DNA from: Nitrospirota bacterium | GTDB taxonomy: Bacteria > Nitrospirota > 9FT-COMBO-42-15 > HDB-SIOI813 | Length of the DNA: 42,237 bases | Assembly (NCBI GenBank): GCA_023248395.1 | Contig: JAHFEQ010000005.1 | Location: 1-42,237 of the forward strand | Direction of reading: 5' to 3' | Part shown: positions 1 to 9,715 of the stretch, in pieces | How positions within the stretch are numbered: position 1 is the stretch's first letter | Layout of the letters: every line of letters starts with the position of its first letter | Made by a program: the position numbers and the translations under genes | Notes under the pieces: generated by a model | Told to the model about the DNA's origin: nothing | Databases searched by the model: none | What the model saw: only the letters and a program-made list of their open reading frames with translations

Positions 1-6
1 AAAGTT

Positions 7-124
<118 letters not shown>

Positions 125-128
125 TAAT

Positions 129-160
129 AAAAAAACCCCATTGTTATATGGGGTTTTTTT
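129..160 (+). terminator. Rho-independent terminator after 5S rRNA
   Basis: AAAAAAACCCCAT-tgttat-ATGGGGTTTTTTT hairpin with T tract. Confidence 0.85.
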
Positions 161-231
161 ATTGCTTATTTCACAGACCAGTCCTGCTCTAAGCTTCTTA
201 AAGACTAATTAGCAAGTTACCGATATTCTGT

Positions 232-2421
232 ATGCTTTTAGGCAATGTCATAAGGTATTACTATCTTAAGATGCAGATAAAAAACTTATACAATTGTGCT
301 ACAAAGAGTATCCGACTCAAGTTCATATTCTTACTCTGCATTCTTTTCTTACTTATGGGTGTCTTAACATTCCTTTTTTACATCAATAAGACAAAAAAGC
401 AACTTCATGAGAAATTGGTTGAAAAGGGGGTTATCTTAGCAGAGAATTTGGCCTATAATGCCGCCTTTGGAGTATCATTAGAAGACTCTGAGATACTCGA
501 TATCCTGATACATGGGATCATAAATCGACAAGATATAGCCTATGTCATTATATATGACAGCAAGGGTCGGGAGTTGGCCTTCAAGGACCCTTTATATGTA
601 CGAAAGATTATAAAACCTGTCACCTTGCATACCGGATCTTTGAGGGAAACATTTATCTCAAAGAACACCCTCGGTAAAGGAAATTTCATTTATGATATTG
701 TTGTACCCATTGTCCGGGAAGCGATCACTCTACCGCAGCTGCAACAAAAGGGGCTGGGGTCTGGTACCGTTCAATCATCAGGGGATGAAATAATCGGGGA
801 GGCAAGGGTCGGGGTCTCTCTTCACTCACTGAATTTAGAGCTGAAAAATATGCTGATGCTCAGTATTTTGATTACTGGGATTATCACTCTATTATCTATA
901 CTTACTGCCTTAGTCTTGATAAGAATGATCGTTAAACCTGTATTAGACATGGCCACGGTTACTACTTCTATCGCAGAAGGAGATTTTACTCATACTGTAA
1001 GTGTGAATTCTAATGACGAGGTGGGCATTTTAGGAAAGGCATTCATGAAGATGACAGGCAATTTAAAGGAAATGATAAGGAGTATACAGGATGCATCGAA
1101 GAATGTTGTCTTAGCATCGCATAATATAAGCACGAGCTCAAATAATGTCAGTGATGGGGCACAACAACAATCCAAATCGATAGGGAGGATATCTTCCTCT
1201 ATTGAAGAGATAAACACATCAACTCGTGACGTGGCCAGCAGCATTGATGCATTATCAAATGCGGCCGTTGCAACATCTTCATCTATTCTTCAGATGGAAA
1301 CATCGATTAGTGAAGTGGCTAATCATATGGGAATATTAGAAACCTCTGTGGAGGAGACGTCTTCGGCAATAGTGGAGATGTCTGCCTCTATTAAGGAGGT
1401 TGCAGACCATGCGGATATACTGGCGGATGCCGCAGAGAATACAGTTCTAACTGCTCAGGAAATTACTATGTCTCTTGACAAGGTCGAGGAAAGTGCAAAG
1501 AAAGCTGCTGAATTATCGGAAAAGGTCAGTGAGGATGCAGCCAATATGGGTCTTCAGTCTGTACGAAAGACTATTGAGGGGATGACTAATATCAGAGAGA
1601 CGATGGATAAATTGGCAAAGGTAATTAGCGGATTGGGTATACGTTCAGCTCAAATTGGAGGTATTCTAACAATAATTGATGAGGTAACGGACCAGGCAGG
1701 ACTTCTGGCATTAAATGCAGCGATTCTGGCGGCCCAATCCGGTGAGCACGGTCGCGGGTTTGCTGTTGTTGCTGATGAGATCAAAGAATTGGCAGAGAAG
1801 ACTGATTCTTCTACAAAGGAGATTGCGCAACTTATTGTAGATGTCCGGGCAGAAGTATCCGACGCCGTAACTTTGACAAAAGAGGTGTTGAGGAGTGTTG
1901 AGGAGGGGAGTAGGCTCTCTGTAAATTCAGATACTGTTTTGCAGAAGATACTGGAGAGTGCCGAAGAGTCAAAAGAGATGGCAAAGACAATAGAGCATTC
2001 TACAGTTGAGCAGGTAAATGGCATAAAAGAAGTGACAGGATCTATTGGTAAGATTAACGATATGATAAAACAAATTGCCCATGCGACACAGGAACAAAAT
2101 ATGGGCACACAAAGAATCCTGGAAGCTACTGAAAGGGTACGTGATATAGCGAAAATGGTTAGAGGGGCTACAGCCGAACAGGCAAGTGGGAGTGGGCAGA
2201 TAGCAGAAGCCATGACAAATGTGAGCACAAAGATTCAGGAGATGGTTATCGCATCGAATGATCAGACAAAGGGGAGTCAGAAGATTCTGAACTCTATAGA
2301 AGATATACGCTTCATTACCCAACGTAATGTGGAGATAGCCTCAGAGATGTCAATAGCTGTAAACCTTCTTGCAAAACAGTCAGAGTTGCTTGAGACACAA
2401 GCCAGAAAATTCCGGATATAA
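232..2421 (+). CDS. Methyl-accepting chemotaxis protein (2 TM, periplasmic sensor, HAMP, very long signalling domain); true start may be ATG 271
   Basis: Two hydrophobic segments, HAMP (..IAEGDF..NDEVGILGKAF..), hairpin tip LLALNAAILAAQSGEHGRGFAVVADEIKELA. Confidence 0.93.
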   Translation: MLLGNVIRYYYLKMQIKNLYNCATKSIRLKFIFLLCILFLLMGVLTFLFYINKTKKQLHEKLVEKGVILAENLAYNAAFGVSLEDSEILDILIHGIINRQDIAYVIIYDSKGRELAFKDPLYVRKIIKPVTLHTGSLRETFISKNTLGKGNFIYDIVVPIVREAITLPQLQQKGLGSGTVQSSGDEIIGEARVGVSLHSLNLELKNMLMLSILITGIITLLSILTALVLIRMIVKPVLDMATVTTSIAEGDFTHTVSVNSNDEVGILGKAFMKMTGNLKEMIRSIQDASKNVVLASHNISTSSNNVSDGAQQQSKSIGRISSSIEEINTSTRDVASSIDALSNAAVATSSSILQMETSISEVANHMGILETSVEETSSAIVEMSASIKEVADHADILADAAENTVLTAQEITMSLDKVEESAKKAAELSEKVSEDAANMGLQSVRKTIEGMTNIRETMDKLAKVISGLGIRSAQIGGILTIIDEVTDQAGLLALNAAILAAQSGEHGRGFAVVADEIKELAEKTDSSTKEIAQLIVDVRAEVSDAVTLTKEVLRSVEEGSRLSVNSDTVLQKILESAEESKEMAKTIEHSTVEQVNGIKEVTGSIGKINDMIKQIAHATQEQNMGTQRILEATERVRDIAKMVRGATAEQASGSGQIAEAMTNVSTKIQEMVIASNDQTKGSQKILNSIEDIRFITQRNVEIASEMSIAVNLLAKQSELLETQARKFRI

Positions 2422-2513
2422 ACTCGTCCATCCTCACCTCAGGACAATTTTGAAGTACCCCGCGACTTTCCTTGTTTCACTTCCCGGTAACCTTATGCTA
2501 ATATAGCCATACA

Positions 2514-3188
2514 ATGATAGATAAGAGCGAAAAAGTTACTATATTGAGTAATATACCATTTACTATAGAAGAGAGAAAGGTGCTTAGAGCTCTTCGAATC
2601 TCTAAAATAAATTTACTAAAGGAAGTACAAGAAGACCACATTACCAAGGCCATAAAAGATGCTATGGAAAGGGCCTATTCTCTTATAAAGGGTAAAGCCG
2701 GCTATCGGACTTTTAAAATTAAGGAGGTTACTACGGATAGGGTCATTATAGAGAAGAGTGACCAATTATTTCTTGGGAACAATATGGCGAGACTCTTAAA
2801 GAACTGTGATTATGCTACATTGTTAGTATGTACCATAGGCGCTGATATAGCAGATCGGGTTGAGGAATTGGAAAAAACAAGTTTAACTGATGCATATTAT
2901 TTGGATAGAATAGGGGCCTGGATGGCTGATTATATGGCAGAAAAGGTTGGCAGGATTATAGAAACGGAGATCATGAAAAATGGTTATAAGCCGACCTTCC
3001 GTTATGCCGCAGGTTATGGAGACTGGGACCTGTCGGCACAAGCGGAAATTATGCGGCTGACTGAGGCCAAGAGGATAGGAGTATCTGTTACAGATACATT
3101 CATTATGGTGCCAAGATTTTCTGTCTCTGCTGTCATAGGATGGGAGAGAAAACAAAATGTAAATATCAAATATAAAAATGCAAAATGA
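2514..3188 (+). CDS. Stand-alone methionine synthase reactivation (AdoMet-binding) domain protein
   Basis: Motifs CTIG, RYAAGYGDW, MVPRFSVSAVIG; directly upstream of a MetH lacking this domain. Confidence 0.8.
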   Translation: MIDKSEKVTILSNIPFTIEERKVLRALRISKINLLKEVQEDHITKAIKDAMERAYSLIKGKAGYRTFKIKEVTTDRVIIEKSDQLFLGNNMARLLKNCDYATLLVCTIGADIADRVEELEKTSLTDAYYLDRIGAWMADYMAEKVGRIIETEIMKNGYKPTFRYAAGYGDWDLSAQAEIMRLTEAKRIGVSVTDTFIMVPRFSVSAVIGWERKQNVNIKYKNAK

Positions 3189-3248
3189 CAAAGGAAAATT
3201 TAAAAATTTTGCATTTTAATTTGATTTTTGACTTTTAATTTTTGATTT
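3155..3248. repeat. AT-rich heptamer-periodic inverted repeat overlapping the stop codon of the upstream gene
   Basis: Perfect 12-bp IR AAAATGCAAAAT (3175-3186)/ATTTTGCATTTT (3206-3217), followed by TTTTTGA/CTTTTAA-type heptamers. Confidence 0.6.
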
Positions 3249-3266
3249 ATTCCAGGAGAGAGGACA

Positions 3267-5723
3267 ATGATGCAAAAACTGTTTCACAGATTAAAAAGCG
3301 AGATTATGTTGCTCGATGGTTCTCTGGGTGCCATGCTGCAGTCGAGAGGACTTCCTTCTGGGTATGCCCCCGACTTGTGGAATTTAGAAAGGCCTGAAAT
3401 CATCGTAGAAGTGCATAGAGAATATGTTAATGCGGGTAGCAATATTATTCTGGCAAATACATTCGGATCTACTCGCCTTCGCCTGGCAGAGTATGGTGTT
3501 GAAGGGAGATTAAAAGAGATTAATCAGGAAGCGGTTAAAATAGCCCGTAAGGCTGCTGGAGACAAAGTATTTGTAGCCGGTGATGTTGGCCCATGTGGGG
3601 CAACAATCTTCCCGATCGGTGAGCTATCCTTTGAGGATGCTGTAGACATATTCTCTCAGCAGACAGAAGTATTAGTAAACTCGGGATGTGATTTGATTGT
3701 CATTGAGACGATGTTTGATCTGATTGAGATACGGGCTGCCATCATTGCTGTAAGAAGGGTTTCCAAGAGTATCCCCATTGCTGCACTGATGACATTTACA
3801 CAAGATGGTTTAACAGATACAGGGACTGATCCTGAAACAGCGGCAGTGGTATTAGAGGGATTAGGAGTTGATATCATTGGCGTCAATTGTTCTACTGGAC
3901 CTGCAGAGATGGTTGGAGTTCTGAAAAAGATGGTATTAGCAACGGATGCCTATATCTGTGCAGAACCGAATGCAGGGCTCCCACAAAATATAGGAGGCCG
4001 GACTGTATTCCCTATGTCTGCTGAAGAAATGACTTCCTATGCTGAACAGTTTATAGATGTCGGCGTAAATATATTAGGAGGTTGTTGTGGTACTACCCCT
4101 GAGTATATTCGATTGTTAGCACAAAAGATAAAAGGGAGAAAGCCGGCTCTAAGAAAAGGCTTGGGAGGGCTCAAAATAGCAAGCAGGTCGAAGACTGTCT
4201 ATGTGGGAAGTGGCTTTCCATTTCTTAAGATAGGAGAGAAGATTAATCCTACTGGACGGAAGGCATTAGCTGAGGCCATAAGAGAAGGGCGTATGGATAT
4301 GGTTATAACGGAGGCCAGAGGACAATATGAAGCAGGGGCGATGTCGCTTGATGTGAATGTCGGTGTTCCTATGACGGATGAACCAAGGAGTATGGGACGT
4401 GCAATAGAGTCTATTCAGACGGTTGTGGATATCCCTCTTGTCATAGATAGCTCTGTTATAGAGGCGATCGAAGGGGGGCTTAAGGTGTATGCCGGCAAGG
4501 CTCTTGTAAATAGCGTTAATGCAGAACCTGAACGCATGGAAAAACTATTTCCGATCATAAAAAAATATGGCGCTGCCGTAATAGCCCTTCTTGCCGGACA
4601 TGAAATTCCAGAAACGGCTACTGAGCGATTGAAGAAAGCAGAAAATATTCTTCAACAAGCCCTGTCCTATGGGATAAGAAGAGAGGATATCCTGTTTGAC
4701 TGTTTAGCCCTTACCGTATCAGTAGCCCAGGAGGCCTCGACCCAGACCCTTGAAACTATTCGGCTGATAAAGCAGGAACTTGGTTGTCCTTCAATACTGG
4801 GTGTAAGTAATGTTTCTTTTGGTCTTCCGAATAGGAAGACCATTCATAACACATTTTTAGGGATGGCAATAGGATATGGGTTGGATGCGGCCATTGTTAA
4901 TCCCTATGATCTGGATTTGCATCAGGTGGTATCTGCTGCAAGCCTGTTTGCAGGCAGAGATATTGGTTGTCGAAAATATATAGCCCTTCAAGAGACTTTC
5001 AAAGTAGGTGAGAAGAGAGAAGAGAATAAAGAAGGGGGGGTGACCAAGAAAGAGGTGAGCACAGGGGATAAGATATTTAATGCTGTAGTTGAAGGTGACA
5101 GAGATGGAATAGTGGCCTATGTTAAAAAGGGGCTTGAGGAAGGTATCGATCCGGGAGAGATCTTCCTTGATATTATGACTCCAGCTATAAGGCGTTTGGG
5201 TAATTTATTTGCTGAAAGAAAGAAGTTTATTCCGCATTTAGTGGCTTCTGCAGAGTCCATGAAGCGGGGAGTGGATGTGTTGATTCCTTTTCTGGAAAAA
5301 AAGGGGGTTATAGAGAAGAAGGGTACTATTATCATGGCTACGGTGAAAGGCGACATCCATGACCTTGGTAAGAATATATGCTGCATGATGTTGAGGAACT
5401 TTGGATTTGAGGTTGTAGATCTCGGGAAAAACGTACCTTATGAGGAGATATTAAATGCTGCAGAGAAATATCATGCTCATATTATAGGACTTTCAGCGCT
5501 CATGACCACAACAATGCTGCAGATGAAGACTGTCAGAGATGCTGTACATGAACGAGGACTTCCATATAAAATTATGATAGGGGGGGCAGTAACCACACAG
5601 AGATTTGCGGATGAAATTGGGGTGGACGGATATGCTAAAGATGTTGGCGAAGTGCCCTACGTTGCAGAGAGGTTGATACAAAGACATCCTTCTGTCCGGG
5701 CCAAATGTTCGCTTGACGGGTAG
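3267..5723 (+). CDS. metH: Cobalamin-dependent methionine synthase (Hcy-binding, pterin-binding, cap and B12-binding domains; no activation domain)
   Basis: GVNCS and GGCCGTTP Zn ligands; IGEKINPTG pterin-domain start; GDIHDLGKN B12 motif; GLSALMTTT. Confidence 0.95.
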   Translation: MMQKLFHRLKSEIMLLDGSLGAMLQSRGLPSGYAPDLWNLERPEIIVEVHREYVNAGSNIILANTFGSTRLRLAEYGVEGRLKEINQEAVKIARKAAGDKVFVAGDVGPCGATIFPIGELSFEDAVDIFSQQTEVLVNSGCDLIVIETMFDLIEIRAAIIAVRRVSKSIPIAALMTFTQDGLTDTGTDPETAAVVLEGLGVDIIGVNCSTGPAEMVGVLKKMVLATDAYICAEPNAGLPQNIGGRTVFPMSAEEMTSYAEQFIDVGVNILGGCCGTTPEYIRLLAQKIKGRKPALRKGLGGLKIASRSKTVYVGSGFPFLKIGEKINPTGRKALAEAIREGRMDMVITEARGQYEAGAMSLDVNVGVPMTDEPRSMGRAIESIQTVVDIPLVIDSSVIEAIEGGLKVYAGKALVNSVNAEPERMEKLFPIIKKYGAAVIALLAGHEIPETATERLKKAENILQQALSYGIRREDILFDCLALTVSVAQEASTQTLETIRLIKQELGCPSILGVSNVSFGLPNRKTIHNTFLGMAIGYGLDAAIVNPYDLDLHQVVSAASLFAGRDIGCRKYIALQETFKVGEKREENKEGGVTKKEVSTGDKIFNAVVEGDRDGIVAYVKKGLEEGIDPGEIFLDIMTPAIRRLGNLFAERKKFIPHLVASAESMKRGVDVLIPFLEKKGVIEKKGTIIMATVKGDIHDLGKNICCMMLRNFGFEVVDLGKNVPYEEILNAAEKYHAHIIGLSALMTTTMLQMKTVRDAVHERGLPYKIMIGGAVTTQRFADEIGVDGYAKDVGEVPYVAERLIQRHPSVRAKCSLDG

Positions 5724-5742
5724 GTTACCTGCATGCTATATT
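5713..5742 (+). promoter_or_regulatory. Putative sigma70 promoter for the tlpA/spy-like/ubiB genes
   Basis: TTGACG-N18-TATATT with extended TG; IR TGCATG..CATGCA around the -10. Confidence 0.4.
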
Positions 5743-5791
5743 CCATGCATAATAGAAAGTATTTTTACTTATACTTAACTTATAGCAGTAA

Positions 5792-6364
5792 ATGAAATTA
5801 ACCTTCAACAGTACAGTCTCTTTGGCAATATTTACTATTGTTTTAAGTGTAGTCCTAAGTGTTGGCTTTTTTCTCCAGCATACTTTGGCTGAGAATAAAA
5901 GTTATGATTTAAACTTAGGAGTACAGGAATATTCCGGCCCCGCTGAGGCGATAGATTTTACACTAAAGGATATAGATAACAAGAAGGTTACTTTAAAAAA
6001 CTACAGGGGCAAGATAGTCATGCTTAATTTCTGGGCTACCTGGTGTACACCTTGCCGTATAGAAATGCCATCCATGGAGAAATTACATCGACAATTCAAG
6101 GATAGGGGACTTGTTGTTTTAGCGGTGGCCTCTGGTGAAAATGCAGAAAGTGTAAGTACATTTGTTAAAGAGCATAAAATAACATTTTCTGCTCTTTTGG
6201 ATTCTGATCAGGAGGTAACAGACGATTATAAAGTCTGGGCTCTCCCTACCACGTATTTTATCAACGCTGAAGGTAAGATAATAGGGAAGGTTAATGGGAG
6301 CAGAGACTGGAGTGCAAAAGAGGCAACTCAGTATATTTCATCCATTTTCCAGGCATCTCTGTAA
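5792..6364 (+). CDS. TlpA/ResA-family membrane-anchored thiol-disulfide oxidoreductase
   Basis: NFWATWCTPCRIEMP, LPTTYFI cis-Pro loop, N-terminal hydrophobic anchor. Confidence 0.92.
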   Translation: MKLTFNSTVSLAIFTIVLSVVLSVGFFLQHTLAENKSYDLNLGVQEYSGPAEAIDFTLKDIDNKKVTLKNYRGKIVMLNFWATWCTPCRIEMPSMEKLHRQFKDRGLVVLAVASGENAESVSTFVKEHKITFSALLDSDQEVTDDYKVWALPTTYFINAEGKIIGKVNGSRDWSAKEATQYISSIFQASL

Positions 6365-6430
6365 TAGCTGCGAACGTACCAGCGATTAGGCTGTCTACTT
6401 AATCATAATAATTTACAAAGGAGGCAGAAA

Positions 6431-7051
6431 ATGGGACGGAAAGGATATATGTTTTTAATTGTAGTGATTGTATCTATCTTTGGTAGTAGTAGAATGGCGA
6501 TAGGTCATATGGGTAATGCATATGAATCCCATAGGATGGGGAGCGAGATGAAGGAAGAGTCATGCATGAAAGGGTCTGATATGATGAAGCACAAGATGGG
6601 TGAACCTATGATGAAGGAAGGCATGGGGATGGGCATGCGTATGGGTACGGATATGCCTAAGATGTACCCTTGGGGATACCTGAAAGAGAGTCTCAAATTA
6701 ACAGAAGAACAGGACAAAAAACTTGGCAAGGTTTATTCTGATTATAGAAAAGAGATGTTGAAGAAAAAAGTTGACGTAGAGATTGCGGAGATGGAGCTCA
6801 CGGAATTGTTGAAAACGAAAGAAGCTGACGTGACTGCGATAGAGGAGAGTGCTAATAGGTTGGAGTCGTTAAGATCTGACCTTAATATGGCCAGGGTTAA
6901 GGCACTTTTGAAGACAAGGGAATTTTTATCAGATGAACAATATGAAGATCTATCAGGTTTTATCCTTGAATGGATGAGAGGATGGAGGAGACCTCATCAG
7001 ATGGGAGGGGCAGGCCATGAGTGTATGGATGAGATGATGGAATGCAGGTAA
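6431..7051 (+). CDS. Exported Met/His-rich Spy/CpxP/ZraP-like helical protein
   Basis: Signal peptide, Met-rich N- and C-terminal tracts, LKLTEEQ and FLSDEQ (LTxxQ-like) motifs. Confidence 0.75.
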   Translation: MGRKGYMFLIVVIVSIFGSSRMAIGHMGNAYESHRMGSEMKEESCMKGSDMMKHKMGEPMMKEGMGMGMRMGTDMPKMYPWGYLKESLKLTEEQDKKLGKVYSDYRKEMLKKKVDVEIAEMELTELLKTKEADVTAIEESANRLESLRSDLNMARVKALLKTREFLSDEQYEDLSGFILEWMRGWRRPHQMGGAGHECMDEMMECR

Positions 7052-7060
7052 AAGGACACA

Positions 7061-8737
7061 ATGCCATTTTACCATTTCAGGCAGACATATAGAGACTTAC
7101 AACGTGTTCGCCAAATCTTAAATACCCTCATAAAATATGGCTTTGGCTATGTGGTAGAGAGATTAGACCTGCAGGGATATATCCCTTTAGGTAAAAGACT
7201 ATTTAGAATTTCCAAAAGAGAGTCAGTTCCTAAGAATGCTGCTGAACAGTTCAAGCTTGTTCTTGAAGAGCTTGGTCCTACGTTTATAAAATTTGGACAG
7301 ATATTAAGTCTGCGGCGGGATATCTTATCTGAAGATTTCATCAAAGAATTAGAAAAACTGCAGGACGATGTCCCACCCTTTCCTGCAGAGCACTCCTTAC
7401 AAGAAATTTTATCGCAACTTGGAAAACCAATAGAGAAACTTTTTGCATCCTTTGATAAGAAACCCCTTGCTGCCGCATCTATTGGGCAGGTCCATAAGGC
7501 AAAATTATTCGATGGGAGAGATGTAGTAGTTAAAATACAAAGACCTGGGATTCGGGAGACTGTAGAGACAGACCTCAATATTCTAATGAATCTGGCAAGG
7601 CTGTTAGAGAAATATATGCCAGAGGCTAGACTATACGATCCTATTGGCATGGTAGAGGAATTTGCGAAATCTATACGCAGAGAATTAGACTTTAGGATTG
7701 AAGGTAGGAGTGCAGACAGGTTCAGGGAGATATTTAAGGGATCCAAGACCGTATACGTCCCGGAAGTTATATGGGAACTTAGTGGAATGCGTGTCATTAC
7801 GATCGAGTATGCCGTGGGGAAGAAGGTTACGGAGGTAGGCGGAGATATTCAATATCGGCACAATTTAGCAAAAAATTTTAATGAATCTTATTTAATTCAA
7901 ATATTTGAATATGGTTTTTTTCATGCGGATCCCCATCCAGGCAATATTTTTATTCTTGATGACGGGCGTATCTGTTTTCATGATTTTGGCATCATGGGGT
8001 ACCTCGATGATGAGATGGCAGATAATTTATCTGGCCTGTTTCTGGCCTTTATGGATAAGGATATTGGAAGGATGATGGATGTATATCTTGCGATAGGTAT
8101 ACTCACTGGTGATGTTAATACGAAGGCTCTTAAAAGAGACATTAGGGATTTTTTGGAGAGATATTACGGAATTCCTTTGAAGGAATTCTCTTTCGCTGAG
8201 TTTACGGAAGGTCTTATATCTATAGGGAGACGTTATCAGATAAAGGCCCCTACAGAATTACTCATGTTTGGCAAGACCTTTATGACGGTTGAGTCTATAG
8301 TAAGGATCCTGGACCCTGAGTTTAATCTTGTGGAGAATATCAGGCCATATACCCAGGTCTTGTTAAGGAAGAAGCTCTTTGACCCATCCAGAATTTACAG
8401 GGACTTAATGAAAATCGGTATGGAAATAAGCAGCATTCTTCGAACACTTCCTCATGACCTTCATAATATCGTGCGGCATCTTAAAGAAGGCCGTATAGAG
8501 ATAGATGTTAAGCATGATAAACTTGAAGATTTAGAGCGGCATATAGATAAGGCCAGCAACAGATTATCCTTTAGCCTCGTCATTGCTGCAATTATAGTAG
8601 GTTCTTCTATTATCATGCAGACTCAGATCAGCCCGCTTATGTTAGGGTTTCCTATAATAGGTGTTATTGGCTATCTTGTAGCCGGTTTCTTAGGGCTATG
8701 GCTTGTATGGGCTATACTTAGATCAGGCAGACTGTGA
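7061..8737 (+). CDS. UbiB/AarF/ABC1 atypical kinase-like protein
   Basis: LGPTFIKFGQ, AAASIGQVHKA, VVKIQRP, FFHADPHPGN, DFG, two C-terminal TM helices. Confidence 0.95.
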   Translation: MPFYHFRQTYRDLQRVRQILNTLIKYGFGYVVERLDLQGYIPLGKRLFRISKRESVPKNAAEQFKLVLEELGPTFIKFGQILSLRRDILSEDFIKELEKLQDDVPPFPAEHSLQEILSQLGKPIEKLFASFDKKPLAAASIGQVHKAKLFDGRDVVVKIQRPGIRETVETDLNILMNLARLLEKYMPEARLYDPIGMVEEFAKSIRRELDFRIEGRSADRFREIFKGSKTVYVPEVIWELSGMRVITIEYAVGKKVTEVGGDIQYRHNLAKNFNESYLIQIFEYGFFHADPHPGNIFILDDGRICFHDFGIMGYLDDEMADNLSGLFLAFMDKDIGRMMDVYLAIGILTGDVNTKALKRDIRDFLERYYGIPLKEFSFAEFTEGLISIGRRYQIKAPTELLMFGKTFMTVESIVRILDPEFNLVENIRPYTQVLLRKKLFDPSRIYRDLMKIGMEISSILRTLPHDLHNIVRHLKEGRIEIDVKHDKLEDLERHIDKASNRLSFSLVIAAIIVGSSIIMQTQISPLMLGFPIIGVIGYLVAGFLGLWLVWAILRSGRL

Positions 8738-8761
8738 GTTGGCACTGAAAAATGCCCATCT

Positions 8762-9658
8762 CTATTGTATCAATATATCCATGATCTCCTGGTAGCGTGT
8801 GGCTGCCTTTCTGACAATCTCATCAGGAAGTACCGGTCCGGGCGGGCGCTGATTCCACTTGAGGGTCAGCAGGTAGTCTCTAATAATCTGTTTATCATAG
8901 CTATCCTGACTCTTCCCAGGTTGATAAGTCTTTACAGACCAGAAACGGGAAGAGTCAGGGGTAAGAATTTCGTCTAGTAATATAAGCTGGTCATCAAGCA
9001 GACCAAACTCAAACTTTGTATCCGCAATAATAACTCCTTTCTTTTCGGCTATGGCCTGCGCCTTTTTATATACCTGGATGCTGACGTCTCTTAATCGAAT
9101 TGCTAATTCATTCCCCACTATTTTTTTTGCTTCGTCAAAGGTTATATTAATATCATGACCCTCTTTGGCCTTGGTACTTGGAGTAAATAGGGGTTCAGGA
9201 AGTTTTGCAGACTCAAGAAGGTTATCAGGCAGTTTTATCCCGCATACTGCCCCATTCTTTTTATATTCCTTCCAGCCAGAGCCGGAGATGTATCCCCTTA
9301 CAATGCATTCCACAGGGAGTGGTTTCGCCTTTTTTACAAGCATACTACGGTCTCTGAGTGTCTCTTTTACAGGCTGGCATACAGCAGGAAAGTCTTCTAC
9401 GTCTATGCTTATGAGATGGTTGGGTATTATCCCTTCCATTTCTTTGAACCAGTAGGCGGATATTTGAGTCAATATCCGCCCCTTTCCTGGTATGCCATTT
9501 GGGAGTACGACATCAAACGCAGAAACACGGTCTGTTGCAACGAGTAGCAGATGTTTATCGAGGTCAAAGATGTCCCGGACTTTACCGCTTCTAAGGACCT
9601 TGATGCCAGGGATTTCCACTTTTAAAACTGTCTTCTCTATGACAAGCCTCAGTATCAA
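8762..9658 (-). CDS. purC: Phosphoribosylaminoimidazolesuccinocarboxamide (SAICAR) synthase; start uncertain
   Basis: GKVRDIF, DRVSAFDV, VECIVRGY, FTPSTKA, ADTKFEFG, DEILTPDSSRFW, SYDKQ. Confidence 0.96.
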   Translation of the reverse strand: MILRLVIEKTVLKVEIPGIKVLRSGKVRDIFDLDKHLLLVATDRVSAFDVVLPNGIPGKGRILTQISAYWFKEMEGIIPNHLISIDVEDFPAVCQPVKETLRDRSMLVKKAKPLPVECIVRGYISGSGWKEYKKNGAVCGIKLPDNLLESAKLPEPLFTPSTKAKEGHDINITFDEAKKIVGNELAIRLRDVSIQVYKKAQAIAEKKGVIIADTKFEFGLLDDQLILLDEILTPDSSRFWSVKTYQPGKSQDSYDKQIIRDYLLTLKWNQRPPGPVLPDEIVRKAATRYQEIMDILIQ

Positions 9659-9696
9659 ATCCCCCCTGACCTCCCTTTTCTAAAGGGGGGAAGGGG
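9657..9696. repeat. C/G-tract palindromic REP-like element between sat and purC
   Basis: CCCCCCTGACCTCCCTTTTCTAAAGGGGGGAAGGGG: CCTCCCTTT-tct-AAAGGGGGG stem flanked by C and G runs. Confidence 0.55.
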
Positions 9697-9715
9697 CGAT
9701 GACAAGTACAATCAA

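Noticed and set aside
1650-2228. 192-aa antisense ORF in the MCP gene
   Set aside because: Shadow ORF opposite a well-supported gene; no motifs
7147-7797. 216-aa antisense ORF in the UbiB gene
   Set aside because: Shadow ORF; no independent coding evidence
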